DNA of 52,859 bases from Chloroflexota bacterium (GCA_003156975.1 PMIE01000086.1:1416-54274), one strand, 5' to 3'. Counted from the stretch's first letter, positions 8,423 to 18,170 are shown. A program made the numbers and translations. Notes: generated by a model not told the origin, from the letters alone.

Positions 8423-9024
8423 AGCAATCGATCGTCACCCTGGATATGGAAGGCGTCCTCACGCCCGAAATCTGGATTGCCGTGTCCGAAAAGACGGGCA
8501 TCCCGGATCTGCGCCGCACCACGCGCGATGAGCCGGACTACGACAAGCTCATGTGCGGGCGCCTGGCCATCCTGGACCAGCACGGGCTCAAGCTGTCGGA
8601 CATCCAGGCTGTCATCGGCACGCTCGCGCCTCTGCCCGGCGCCAGGGAATTTCTCGACGAGCTGCGATCGCTCGTGCAGGTCGTGATCCTGTCCGACACG
8701 TTCGAGCAGTTCGCCACTCCCCTGCTCCGCCAGCTCAACTGGCCCACGCTCCTGTGCCACCGGCTGATCGTCGAGGACGACCGCATCACCGGCTACCAGC
8801 TACGCATCCGGGAGCAGAAGCGCGAAGCCGTCGCGGCGTTCAAGCGGATGAACTACAACGTGATTGCCGGCGGCGACTCGTTCAACGACACCGCAATGCT
8901 CGGCGAGGCCGACAAAGGCATCCTCTTCCGTGCGCCGGGCAACGTGGTGCAGCAGTTCCCCCAGTTCGCGGCCGTGGAGACCTACGCCGATTTCATGGGG
9001 CTGATCAAGCGGGGCATGGCGTAG
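8419..9024 (+). CDS. thrH: ThrH-type phosphoserine phosphatase / homoserine phosphotransferase (HAD superfamily)
   Basis: The 201-aa protein is collinear with my recollection of Pseudomonas ThrH. Shared segments include LDMEGVLTPEIWIA, TTRDEPDYDKLM, LDQHGLKLSDIQ, VVILSDTF, PTLLCH, GYQLR, GDSFNDT and FPQF. Confidence 0.85.
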   Translation: MKQSIVTLDMEGVLTPEIWIAVSEKTGIPDLRRTTRDEPDYDKLMCGRLAILDQHGLKLSDIQAVIGTLAPLPGAREFLDELRSLVQVVILSDTFEQFATPLLRQLNWPTLLCHRLIVEDDRITGYQLRIREQKREAVAAFKRMNYNVIAGGDSFNDTAMLGEADKGILFRAPGNVVQQFPQFAAVETYADFMGLIKRGMA

Positions 9025-9089
9025 ACGCCCGAGACGCCGCTCGGCGAGTTCGGTGACTCACGCAGAAACAACCGCGAATCTCGCCGGCC

Positions 9090-10388
9090 CTAGTACCCGG
9101 TGACTCGGTCCGCCGGCGGCCCCGAATAGATGAGCCAGCCACCGACGTCCTGCCGCCCCATCTCCCAGTAGAAGGTGGCCTTGTCGACCCGCCACGTATA
9201 CGGATGCGTGCTGCCGGGGTAGTTGAACACCTGCGTCGTAGGGCCGTATCGGCATCTCTCCGGCGCGCTCCAACACGTGCAGACGTAGTAGTAGTAGTTC
9301 CGGTCATAGCCAGTGATCACCAGCCAATCGGCCACGTCTTTGTACCTGACCCACTTTCCCGGGCACGGCATACCGATCGTCGCCTGGGGAATGGTGCAGG
9401 ACTTGGCCTTCCAATTCGGAAGGCCCCGCTTCCCATTGCCGTCAGGCGGATTCGAGCCGGTCTTGACCGACACGACCACGGGCACCCGCTTCAAAGCGAT
9501 CTGACTCTTCACACTCGAATCGAACGTCTTGAAGCTGGCCGTGGGCGGACCCTGAGTGAACGGGCCCGTCGGCATGTAGGCCGGCTCTCCGGCGTATTCC
9601 CAGTTGGCTACATCGACCAGCGAGTAACCCGCTTCGCTCTTGCCGTCCCACATTCCAACGCGGTTCCAGGACCAGGACGGGGGGTGGACTGAGTAGGCGA
9701 TGTACAGCATGTAGCCCTTACCGGTGGGATCGACTCCCCCGGCAAAGGTGGAAGGCTGCCGGCCCGGCGGGGAATACGTGTCCGTGTACTCCATCCTCGG
9801 CCAGAGATGCAGCACTTCTGTCTCGTCGGGGGAAACAGTCTGATAGGCCACGGCCCATCGAGGGTTCTTGCCCACGAAAGCCAGGAGGACCCTCAGCGCT
9901 CCGGCGCCGCAGATCTTCCAGTTGTTGTGATCCGTGGAACCGCTCGGCTCGCGGAACAGCCCGACGACGCTCGTGTCGATGTATGCCTCCTGGGGAATGG
10001 TTCCGGAGGCGGCAGGAGACGAAGCCGGGTTGGGAGACGAAGCCGGGTCGGGAGACGATGTCGGGCTGGAAGACGATGTCGGGCTGGAAGACGAGGTCGG
10101 GTCGGGAGACGAGGTCGGGTCGGGAGACGATGTCGGGCTGGAAGACGAGGTCGGGTCGGGAGACGAAACAGGGTCGGGTTCAACCGGCGCCTGAGTGCGG
10201 TCGATCGGGGTGACGGTGCCGTTGGACCCCACAAAGTACGTTTCTATCGGGCTGGCAGCCGACGCGCCGCTGCCGCGGCCGCCAGCCGGGGCCGAACTCG
10301 TCAGGGGCAGCAGGGCCGCGACTGCGACCAGGGCGATGACGAAGAATGCCGTCCGCCAGATTGGCCGCTTGCCCAGTCGATACCCCAT
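9090..10388 (-). CDS. secreted or membrane-anchored protein with Ser/Pro/Thr hexapeptide repeats and a Cys/Trp/Tyr-rich C-terminal domain (possible papain-like fold)
   Basis: ORF track gives 9090..10409, starting at a TTG. An ATG lies at 10388. The N-terminal anchor is RPIWRTAFFVIALVAVAALLPL. The repeat tract is nine 18-nt repeats. NNWKICGAGALRVLLAF resembles a nucleophile-Cys helix, and a later ...WLVITGYD... strand follows. Confidence 0.55.
   Translation of the reverse strand: MGYRLGKRPIWRTAFFVIALVAVAALLPLTSSAPAGGRGSGASAASPIETYFVGSNGTVTPIDRTQAPVEPDPVSSPDPTSSSSPTSSPDPTSSPDPTSSSSPTSSSSPTSSPDPASSPNPASSPAASGTIPQEAYIDTSVVGLFREPSGSTDHNNWKICGAGALRVLLAFVGKNPRWAVAYQTVSPDETEVLHLWPRMEYTDTYSPPGRQPSTFAGGVDPTGKGYMLYIAYSVHPPSWSWNRVGMWDGKSEAGYSLVDVANWEYAGEPAYMPTGPFTQGPPTASFKTFDSSVKSQIALKRVPVVVSVKTGSNPPDGNGKRGLPNWKAKSCTIPQATIGMPCPGKWVRYKDVADWLVITGYDRNYYYYVCTCWSAPERCRYGPTTQVFNYPGSTHPYTWRVDKATFYWEMGRQDVGGWLIYSGPPADRVTGY
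10015..10176. repeat. nine tandem 18-nt units (GGAGACGANGNCGGGYYG-like) encoding the SSPDPT/SSSPTS linker
   Basis: I counted the units directly at 10015, 10033, 10051, 10069, 10087, 10105, 10123, 10141 and 10159. They are in frame within CDS 9090..10388. Confidence 0.9.
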
Positions 10389-10598
10389 AAGGAACCCCAC
10401 GTCTTCCAACTCCGTTCGGGATCGGGGGGCCTATCCACCCCTGCCTCCAGCCTTCGCACGAAGCGGAAGCATATCAATCGCATGCGTTCTCGATTGGGCA
10501 CCCGAGCACATCTCACGGCGTCGGAAACTCGTCACGCACTGGCCCGAATCGGGCGAGCTTCCCTCGAGGAGAATGGCGCCGTCCTATGGCCGCGTACC

Positions 10599-11711
10599 CT
10601 ACCAGCCCAGCGCCTTCATCACCGCGGCGGTGGTCGGGGCGGCCTCGATGATCGAGTCGGGTCGGGCGAAGACCTTCTCGGCCCGCTCCGGGTCCTTGAG
10701 ACCGTGGCCCGTCAGGACGCAGACCACTGTGGCGTCCGTGGGCACGCGTCCGAGGGCAGCCATCTTGATGACGCCGGCCACGCTGGCTGCCGACGCCGGC
10801 TCGCAGAAGATGCCCTGGGTGGAGGCCAGCTCGGCATAGGCGGCCAGGATCTCGTCGTCGGTGACCATGTCGATCAGACCGCCCGACTCGTCTCGCGCCG
10901 CCTCGGCTCGCTTCCAACTCGCCGGGTTGCCGATCCGGATGGCCGTGGCGATGGTTTCCGGTTTCTCGATCGGATGGCCCAACACGATCGGCGCCGCGCC
11001 CGCAGCCTGGAAGCCGTACATCTTCGGCTTTGCCGCTATTCGGCCGGCGGCCTGGTAGCGATTGAAGCCGAGCCAGTAGGCCGTGATGTTGCCGGCGTTC
11101 CCGACCGGCAGTGCCAGGATGTCCGGCGCGCGGCCCAGGTCGTCGCAGACTTCGTACGCGGCCGTCGTCTGACCCTCGACGCGGTTCGGGTTGACGTGGT
11201 TCACGAGCGTGACTGGATGGTCCTTCTGCTCGGCCATCTCACGGACGACCCGGAACGCGTCGTCGAAGTTGCCGTCAACCGCAAGAACCTTCGCTCCGGC
11301 CGCGATTCCCTGGATCATCTTGCCCAGGGCGATCTTGCCCTTGGGCAGAACGATGATCGTCTCAAGCCCCGCCACGGCACCGTACGCGGCCGCAGAGGCG
11401 GATGTGTTTCCGGTCGACGCGCAGATGATGGCCTTGTCCCCTGCCTCGACCGCCTTGGAGATGGCCATCACCATGCCACGGTCCTTGAAGGAACCGGTCG
11501 GGTTCAACCCCTCGTACTTGACGAAGAGGTTCTGCACACCGATCCGCTTGCCGATGTGGTTCAGGTGGACGAGCGGCGTGTTGCCCTCGCCCAGGCTGAT
11601 GATCGGCGTCTTGTCCGTGACGGGCAGGAACTCAGCGTAGCGCTCGAGGAGGCGCGGGCGAGCGCCCAGACGCGCGGCCGGGGCGAAACTGCTGGCGGGT
11701 GATGCGGACAC
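10599..11711 (-). CDS. thrC: threonine synthase
   Basis: The GTG start at 11711 lies 8 nt after GGAGG. Motifs seen are LGEGNTPLV and the PLP-lysine motif NPTGSFKDRGM. Length is that of the short-form ThrC (370 aa). Confidence 0.9.
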   Translation of the reverse strand: MSASPASSFAPAARLGARPRLLERYAEFLPVTDKTPIISLGEGNTPLVHLNHIGKRIGVQNLFVKYEGLNPTGSFKDRGMVMAISKAVEAGDKAIICASTGNTSASAAAYGAVAGLETIIVLPKGKIALGKMIQGIAAGAKVLAVDGNFDDAFRVVREMAEQKDHPVTLVNHVNPNRVEGQTTAAYEVCDDLGRAPDILALPVGNAGNITAYWLGFNRYQAAGRIAAKPKMYGFQAAGAAPIVLGHPIEKPETIATAIRIGNPASWKRAEAARDESGGLIDMVTDDEILAAYAELASTQGIFCEPASAASVAGVIKMAALGRVPTDATVVCVLTGHGLKDPERAEKVFARPDSIIEAAPTTAAVMKALGW

Positions 11712-11726
11712 GAAACAGCCTCCGGC

Positions 11727-13067
11727 TTACGAGGTCAGGATTGGATAGATCGGGATGTCGCGATCGTCGGAGATGAGCGGGGCGATGGCCTCGCGGACGT
11801 CACCGAGTGGCACCGGCCGTGTCTGGATCGCAACCCACGTTCGGCTGCGATGGCGCGGGACGCTGCTGGGCGGCGGCCCCACAAACCCCTCGGCGAGCCG
11901 GCCCGGAACTTCTTCCGGCAGGACGCCGGGGAGGCATACGAACCAGGGCCGCCGAACGGTGTCCCTGTCGTCGGCGAGCGTGACGAGTTGCGGCGCGGCC
12001 GGGGGCAGGTCCGCCCACGTGCTCAAGCCGCTGCGGGCGATCTCAAGAAGGTCCGCGAGGACGGCACTGCTTGTGGCCGGGCCGCCTGCGCCGGGTCCCT
12101 CCATCGAGACGCGGCCCACAGGATCCGCGTCCACTTCCAGGCGGTTCAGAACCCCGTCCGTTCGGCCGAGTGGCGCGGTCACGGGCACCGCGCACGTCAT
12201 GACGGAACCGGCCAGTCCGAATGCCGGCTCTGCCGTGCCGGGGGCGCTGACCGTGGCCACGAGCCGGATGGCGAGGCCCAAGCCGACAGCCCCGGCGATG
12301 TCGATGGCCGAGACACCCGTGATGCCGGGCTTGCCATCGCCGCGCAGCGACGGCGGGCTGGCGACGATCGAGTCGATGCGCGGCCACGCTCCGAAGGCGA
12401 GCCTCGTGAGGACGGCCAGCTTGTTTGCGGCATCGTGGCCTTCAACGTCCGCGCTGGGGTCGCGCTCGACGTAGCCCTGGGCCTGGGCCGCTGCCAGCAC
12501 TTCTTCGTAGGTCCGCTTGGCCTGCATCATCTCCGTCAGGATGAAGTTGGTGCTGCCGTTGACGATGCCCCGGACGCGGCGGATCTGGTTCGCGGCGAGG
12601 CCGCGGGCAATCGTGTCCAGAACCGGGGTGCCGCCGCAGACGGACGCCTCATAGCGAAGGGCGACGCCTTTGCCGCGGGCTATCGCTTCCAGCTCGAGGC
12701 CGTGATGGGCGAGGACATGCTTGTTTGCGGTGACGACGGGCTTGCCCGCTTTCAGCGCCTCGGCGATCAGGGAGCGGGCGGGCTCGTTGCCGCCAAGCAG
12801 TTCCACGACAACGTCCACATCGTCGCGTCGCGCTACTTCAAAGGCGTCCGCAACCATGAGCTCGCGCGGCATGCCGCGATCCACGGCGCCCTGGACGTTC
12901 ATGTCCGCAATGGCCACCAGCTCCAGCATCCGGCCGCCGGCCGGCCCGATCTGCCTATCGGGATTGCGAAGGAAGCCGCGGGCCACCTCCGCGCCGACGG
13001 TGCCCACGCCGAGAATGGCGACACGGAGTCGCGGTTGCGCGACATGCGGTCGTTGCTCGGAAGGCAT
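11727..13067 (-). CDS. hom: homoserine dehydrogenase
   Basis: N-terminal Rossmann motif RVAILGVGTVGAEV. Also present are VVTANKH and GIVNGSTNFILT. The C-terminal region is ACT-like. The gene sits immediately upstream of thrC. Confidence 0.9.
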   Translation of the reverse strand: MPSEQRPHVAQPRLRVAILGVGTVGAEVARGFLRNPDRQIGPAGGRMLELVAIADMNVQGAVDRGMPRELMVADAFEVARRDDVDVVVELLGGNEPARSLIAEALKAGKPVVTANKHVLAHHGLELEAIARGKGVALRYEASVCGGTPVLDTIARGLAANQIRRVRGIVNGSTNFILTEMMQAKRTYEEVLAAAQAQGYVERDPSADVEGHDAANKLAVLTRLAFGAWPRIDSIVASPPSLRGDGKPGITGVSAIDIAGAVGLGLAIRLVATVSAPGTAEPAFGLAGSVMTCAVPVTAPLGRTDGVLNRLEVDADPVGRVSMEGPGAGGPATSSAVLADLLEIARSGLSTWADLPPAAPQLVTLADDRDTVRRPWFVCLPGVLPEEVPGRLAEGFVGPPPSSVPRHRSRTWVAIQTRPVPLGDVREAIAPLISDDRDIPIYPILTS

Positions 13068-13290
13068 AGGCTCGATGGACTGGGGCCAGCGGAGCCGAGA
13101 TGGCGCCGCAGCCGACGGTGACGGACGTGTAGGGCGTCGTGCCCGAATGGTAACCGAGGCGGCAGCGTGCGTCCGGCGGGGAGGGGCCCGGCCGGCTCTC
13201 GCCGGGAGTCCACTCGCTCTGCGCTCCAGTCGCTGGCGACTGAGGCGCTGTCGCTCCTGGCTCCCGGCTACACCGGCCGGATTGCGCGCT

Positions 13291-14559
13291 CTACCCCTTG
13301 GCCAACAACCAGAACGTCCCGTTCTCGGCCTCGACCATCAATCCCAACGGCCCGCATGCCGCCGACAGGTCATCGGCGGGTCCGGAACCAGAAACAGCGA
13401 GTCGCGACCAGACGAGCCCGTCCGGCGACGACTCCACGTTATCGAGGCTGCCGCCGTATGTGACCATCCGAAATCCCTGGTGCCCATCCGAGACGACCGG
13501 ACCGTCCCACGAGCCCGGAGGAGCTGTCCGCCAGTCCGAGCCGTCGGTGGAGCTCCAGGTCTGGTCGTCGCGGGTTGTCTCGCATCCGCATGACCAAGTC
13601 TCGACGGCGGCCGTGTAGTGTCCGAGAGCTATTGTCGTGACAAACGCTTGCTTTGTGGAAGAGGCAACGACTCCCGGGAGAGTCGCCTCGCTCCAGGAGA
13701 CGCCGTCGTGGGATGACCAGATGGCAGGTGTCGTAGCGGGTGGCGTATCGGATGCGTCGACGGCCGGGGTGCCCGTCCAGCCTGCCAGCAGGTAGCCGCC
13801 CTGGACGACATAGGCGCTGCCGAGATGCGCGCCGGCGAGCGACCCTTTGGCGAGCGTGGCGGATCGCCACTTGATGCCATCGGAGGAAAGCCACACGGCC
13901 GGAGCATCCGAGAGGCCGCATGCGATGTACCCGCCCGGACCGGCCGCGACGTAACCCAGAGCCTGGACCCCAAACGCCTTAGCGAGATTCACCCGTTTCC
14001 ATGCCTTGCCGTCCGTTGACGTCCACAGTCCGGCCACTGCGTGAGGCACGTCGACCGAGTCGTCGTCATTTGAGTAAGGCCCATCGCTGACCGCCATCAG
14101 ACCCCCCGGACCCTCGATGAGGGATGCTATCCCGGTTGTGTCCCAGAAACCCGTCACGTCGAGCGGCTGGCCCTTCTGCCATGACGAGCCATCGCGCGAA
14201 ACCCAGGGCGTGATTGTGATCTGGCCGTCGCTCTTGCCGTCGCTCATATCCTCAGTCTCCCTGAAGACGACGTACCCGCCGCTCCACGCGAACAACGAGT
14301 CGGAAGGCATCTCCAACACCCCTTCGGTACTGACCGCGACTCCGCCCGGCAATGCACGGGCCGTCCAAAGGAATTTCACGGTCGGAGTTGCGGATGCCGG
14401 CGCCGTCGCCGATGCCGACGCGGTGGCTGTCGGAGCGGCCGTAGAGCTCGGTTCGGCAGCGTGCGACGGGGTTGAGTTGGGCGCTGAACATCCCGCCGCG
14501 GCGCCGACAGCCAAGCCCGCCACAGCCAGAACTCGAAACGCCCTAGCGACCAAATTCAT
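13291..14559 (-). CDS. lipoprotein with BNR/Asp-box beta-propeller repeats
   Basis: ORF track gives 13291..14667. The ATG at 14559 lies 7 nt after AGGAGGGG. The lipobox is LAVGAAAGC. There are six S.DG..W boxes: SRDGSSW, STDGKAW, SSDGIKW, SHDGVSW, STDGSDW and SPDGLVW. Confidence 0.7.
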   Translation of the reverse strand: MNLVARAFRVLAVAGLAVGAAAGCSAPNSTPSHAAEPSSTAAPTATASASATAPASATPTVKFLWTARALPGGVAVSTEGVLEMPSDSLFAWSGGYVVFRETEDMSDGKSDGQITITPWVSRDGSSWQKGQPLDVTGFWDTTGIASLIEGPGGLMAVSDGPYSNDDDSVDVPHAVAGLWTSTDGKAWKRVNLAKAFGVQALGYVAAGPGGYIACGLSDAPAVWLSSDGIKWRSATLAKGSLAGAHLGSAYVVQGGYLLAGWTGTPAVDASDTPPATTPAIWSSHDGVSWSEATLPGVVASSTKQAFVTTIALGHYTAAVETWSCGCETTRDDQTWSSTDGSDWRTAPPGSWDGPVVSDGHQGFRMVTYGGSLDNVESSPDGLVWSRLAVSGSGPADDLSAACGPLGLMVEAENGTFWLLAKG

Positions 14560-14696
14560 TCGAGCCCCTCCTGGTTCGGGCATCCCGCCCAACGCCTCCC
14601 ACGACTGTACCCCACTGGGCAATGTCGGGCTCGCGAGGGCGAGTGGCCCGGCCGGATTACCCGCCACGCCCCGCCCCGTCCGCTAAACTCGCCACC

Positions 14697-15731
14697 ATGA
14701 CTGAAGCCGCCGCCAAGCCCGCCGCTCGCCCATCCACCCTTCCCGCCAAGCCGCGCGCGTTCAGCGGCATCCAGCCCAGCGGGATCACGCACCTGGGCAA
14801 CGATCTGGGCGCCATCCGCAACTTCGTCGCGCTCCAGAACCGGGGCGTCGCGGAAGGCTTCGAGACGATCTACTGCATCGTGGACTACCACGCCCTCACG
14901 AGCAGCCACGATCCGGAGATCCTGCGGCTCCGCACTCTCGAAATGGCCGCGTCGCTGATCGCCCTGGGTCTGGATCCGGACAAGTGCACCCTGTTCGTCC
15001 AGTCGCACCGGCCGGAAGTCACCGAACTGTGCTGGCTGTTCAACACCGTCACTCCGGTCGGCTGGCTGCTGCGCACGCCAACTTACAAGGAGAAGCGCGC
15101 CAACCAGCCCGATGACATCAACCACGGTCTGCTCACCTACCCCGTCCTGCAGGCCGCGGACATCGTCCTCTGGAAGGCGTCTCTGGTGCCGATCGGCAAG
15201 GACCAGGCCCCGCATCTGGAGCTGAGCCGCGAGATCGTTCGCGCCTTCAACGCCCGATACGGCGAGACCTTCCCGGAGCCCAAGGCCGTCTACACCGAAG
15301 CGCCGGTCGTTCTCGGCACGGACGGCGTCAAGAAGATGAGCAAGTCGGTGGGGAACACCATCGAAATCCTTGGCGAGCCGGATGTCATCCGCAAGCAGGT
15401 CATGTCGATGGTTACGGACACGCAGCGCATCATGAGATCCGACCCTGGACGGCCGCAGGTCTGCAACGTCTGCCAGATGCACCGTCACTTCGGCGCCGAC
15501 TACGAGGAAGTCTGGGAGGGCGAGCGAACCGCCCGCACCGGTTGCGTCGACACGAAGAAGCTACTGGCCGAGCGCATCATCGCCCACTACGCGCCAGCCC
15601 GAGAGACGTATCGTGAACTCATGGCCGATCTGCCACGCCTGCGCCGCACGCTGGAAGAAGGCGCCGAGCGCATCCGGCCGATCGCCGAAGCCACCATGGC
15701 CGAGGTGCGTGAGCGGATGGGTCTGCGCTAG
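14697..15731 (+). CDS. trpS: tryptophan--tRNA ligase
   Basis: ORF track gives 14622..15731. An ATG lies at 14697. Class I signatures are present: GIQPSG.ITHLGN (HIGH-like) and KMSKS. The length fits TrpRS. Confidence 0.9.
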   Translation: MTEAAAKPAARPSTLPAKPRAFSGIQPSGITHLGNDLGAIRNFVALQNRGVAEGFETIYCIVDYHALTSSHDPEILRLRTLEMAASLIALGLDPDKCTLFVQSHRPEVTELCWLFNTVTPVGWLLRTPTYKEKRANQPDDINHGLLTYPVLQAADIVLWKASLVPIGKDQAPHLELSREIVRAFNARYGETFPEPKAVYTEAPVVLGTDGVKKMSKSVGNTIEILGEPDVIRKQVMSMVTDTQRIMRSDPGRPQVCNVCQMHRHFGADYEEVWEGERTARTGCVDTKKLLAERIIAHYAPARETYRELMADLPRLRRTLEEGAERIRPIAEATMAEVRERMGLR

Positions 15732-15838
15732 GCTTCGGACCCGGCCGTGCGCCGCACGTCGCCGGATCCCGGCCGCGGCCCAGGCGTACCATCAAGATCG
15801 ACAGCCAGCGTTTCGACAGCCTGCGTTGAGGAGGGACG

Positions 15839-17125
15839 ATGAGCGAGCAACCCGCCGCGCCGCTTAGCCAGCTGACCCCGCGTGAGCATCGCTGGCTGAC
15901 CGCGTTACTGATTCTGGGCAGCGTCGCCGTGGCCTTCGTGATCCTGTACTTCGTGACCGGGCTGCTCGCCTATTTCAACGACGTGATCATGGTCTTCTTC
16001 CTGGCGTGGCTGCTGGCGTTCATCCTCAGCCCTGTGGCCAACGGCCTCCTGCACCTCTTCCCGCGTCTGCCGCGAGCCCTGGCCGTGATCATCGTCTACG
16101 GCCTGCTCATCGTGATCCTGGTCGGCGGTTTGCTCTTGCTCGCCCAGCAGCTCTACGGCTCGATCAGTACGCTCGTCCACAACTGGCCGACTCCCGAGCA
16201 TCTTGGAACGATCTTGCAGCCCTGGCAGGATCGGCTCGACTCTCTTGGCCTCGGTCAGGTCCACCTGGCCGAGCAGACGGCCAACGCCCTCGACAGCCTC
16301 AAGACCGGCGCCGACCAGTTGCTACATCCCCTCGGCGACATCGCCATAGCCAGCCTGGGAATCTTCGGCAATCTGCTGTTCATATTCTTCCTGTCGCTGT
16401 ACATGGCGGTAGACCGAGATCGAATCGTCCGCTTCCTATTCCGACTCGTCCCGCCCTCTTACACGGAGGAGGCTCAGCTCCTCGAGCACAGCGTCTCGCG
16501 GTCGTTTGGCGGATTCCTGCGTGGCCAGGCGTTGCTGGGCGTCATCTACGGGATCATCTCGATGGTCGCAAGCACGCTCCTGGGCTTGCCATACATGCCG
16601 GTCACGGCCACGTCGTCCGGCATCCTTCAGGCGATCCCCTTCTTCGGGCCCTTCATCTCCTGGGTTCCGCCGGTCCTGGTGGCCGTCATCTTCAAGCCCG
16701 AGGCTGCGCTTCCAACCCTGATCATCATGGTCGCGGGCTGGTTCGTGTTGATGAACATCATCCAGCCGCGGCTCATGGCAGACGCAGTCGGTCTCCACCC
16801 CGTGATTGTGCTCGGCTCGGTCCTGGTTGGGTCCAAGATGGCGGGCATCCCCGGCGCCGTCTTCGGTGTGCCGGTTGCGGCCGTCATCGCTTCGTTCTTC
16901 TTCTACTACCTCGGCCGCCACCGCGACACGGAATCTGTGGCGCTGCGGGCAGCGCGCCGCGTAGAGGAGCGTGAGGGCAGGGCGGTCCGCGTGCCGAAGC
17001 TGCCTCAGGCCGGAGAGGACGAGGAGGTGGAGGCGGTCGAACCGATCGAGGGTCAGCCGAACCTCGAGAGAAGGCGCCGCACGGTTCGGCAGGCCGAGGG
17101 CGAAGAGGTCGGTCCCGCTATTTGA
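15839..17125 (+). CDS. AI-2E family (PerM/YhhT-like) transporter
   Basis: The ATG at 15839 follows GAGGAGGG. The protein has about 8 TM helices and the typical layout, including the conserved GxPGAxxGxP-like segment KMAGIPGAVFGVPV. Confidence 0.85.
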   Translation: MSEQPAAPLSQLTPREHRWLTALLILGSVAVAFVILYFVTGLLAYFNDVIMVFFLAWLLAFILSPVANGLLHLFPRLPRALAVIIVYGLLIVILVGGLLLLAQQLYGSISTLVHNWPTPEHLGTILQPWQDRLDSLGLGQVHLAEQTANALDSLKTGADQLLHPLGDIAIASLGIFGNLLFIFFLSLYMAVDRDRIVRFLFRLVPPSYTEEAQLLEHSVSRSFGGFLRGQALLGVIYGIISMVASTLLGLPYMPVTATSSGILQAIPFFGPFISWVPPVLVAVIFKPEAALPTLIIMVAGWFVLMNIIQPRLMADAVGLHPVIVLGSVLVGSKMAGIPGAVFGVPVAAVIASFFFYYLGRHRDTESVALRAARRVEEREGRAVRVPKLPQAGEDEEVEAVEPIEGQPNLERRRRTVRQAEGEEVGPAI

Positions 17126-17205
17126 GTCAGGACCCGAGTGGGCCGCGCCGCCCGGGCAGCACTCGCGACGCGACGATTCCTGAAGGACGGCCCGCCAAAC
17201 ACAAG

Positions 17206-17243
17206 GCCACCGCCGCGATGAGGCGGCGGTGGCATTTGCAGTT
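17206..17243. terminator. bidirectional GC hairpin between convergent genes
   Basis: GCCACCGCCGC (17206-17216), a 6-nt loop, then GCGGCGGTGGC (17223-17233) form 11 perfect bp. ATTTGCAGTT follows on the plus strand, and CUUGUGUUUGG follows on the minus-strand reading. The element lies between the AI-2E stop and the stop of lipoprotein 17285. Confidence 0.5.
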
Positions 17244-17284
17244 CGTCGTTCCTTGGCCCGAGGTCGCCACGGGCCGGTTGCGAG

Positions 17285-17965
17285 CTAGGACTTGGGGACC
17301 TTCACCAGGGCCGCAGCCATCGATGTGAAGGCGGCCTGAGTCACTCCCTTGCCAACCATTTGGTATTGCACGACCGCCCCCGGATTGACGTAGAGAGCGT
17401 ACTCGCCGGCCGTCAGCCTGAGGCTACCCGTCATGTCGCCGAAATATGCCGAACCCAGATCCGAGTCGGCAACATAGGCGCATCCGGGGCAGAAGTTGCC
17501 CTCACTGATTGTGATGACCGCCGTCTTCTTCTTGTACGTGGCTACCAGCGAGCCCGCAACGCCGTGGGGCTGTGACCATTTGAAGGAGGACACGTACCAG
17601 CCTGATGGAAGAACTGCGCAATACACGTTCACATTGAACTTGAGGCTCTTCGCGGCCTTGGTGAACTCGGCGCCATACGCGGCCCAGCCCAGGCACTTCG
17701 TCGGGTTCCCGGCAGCGACCGGAGGCAGGGTCGGAGCCGGCGTATCGGTCGGGGCGACCGTCGGCGCGACCGTCGGCGCTACGAGCGCACTTGCAGCCGG
17801 CGTCTCAGACGCAGTCGGCGTCTCTGCTGGCGTTTCCAGTGGCGTCTCGAGTGGAGACGGCGTTGCTGCCGGCACAAACGGTGCCGGCGTCTGAGATGCG
17901 CCGCAACCGGCGACGGTCAGGCCTATTGCCAGAGCCACGGCAACGCGCCGTACGGAAATGCTCAT
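17285..17965 (-). CDS. lipoprotein, unknown ~140-aa C-terminal domain (paralog 1)
   Basis: The lipobox is LTVAGC, followed by a PT/PA-rich linker. The C-terminal domain aligns with the next gene (LKF.V..YC...PSGW, PHG, ITI.EG.FC, YA.YVN.G, AAL..VPKS). Confidence 0.65.
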   Translation of the reverse strand: MSISVRRVAVALAIGLTVAGCGASQTPAPFVPAATPSPLETPLETPAETPTASETPAASALVAPTVAPTVAPTDTPAPTLPPVAAGNPTKCLGWAAYGAEFTKAAKSLKFNVNVYCAVLPSGWYVSSFKWSQPHGVAGSLVATYKKKTAVITISEGNFCPGCAYVADSDLGSAYFGDMTGSLRLTAGEYALYVNPGAVVQYQMVGKGVTQAAFTSMAAALVKVPKS

Positions 17966-18170
17966 CGAACTTTTCCCTTTCCCCCGATGTAATCGGATTG
18001 AGTGCCGACCCGAGATCGGGTCCGTCGCGCCTCAGGACCAAGCAGCCTTGACCGCCATACCTACGACGTTTGGTGGAGGCGGACATGTTTCGGTGTAGCT
18101 CGTGCAGAAGACGCATTCGCCGATTCCAACGTGCCTGGCCGGAATCGACACGTGGTGCGATGACCCGTCA

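Noticed and set aside
13068-13290. A structured region upstream of hom (GCCGGGAG...CUCCCGGC enclosing nested stems) as a possible riboswitch or attenuator.
   Set aside because: I recognise no conserved riboswitch core, there is no U-tract, and GC-rich stems of this size are expected by chance. It may simply be the terminator region of the upstream BNR gene.
14560-14696. A T-box or other leader upstream of trpS.
   Set aside because: Only 137 nt separate trpS from the divergent lipoprotein gene. I saw no specifier-loop or T-box (AGGGUGGNACCGCG-like) sequence.
15440-15560. A possible Fe-S cluster Cys motif in TrpRS (CNVC ... C).
   Set aside because: Only three Cys residues are present, and their spacing differs from the C-x22-C-x6-C-x2-C motif I recall for Thermotoga TrpRS.
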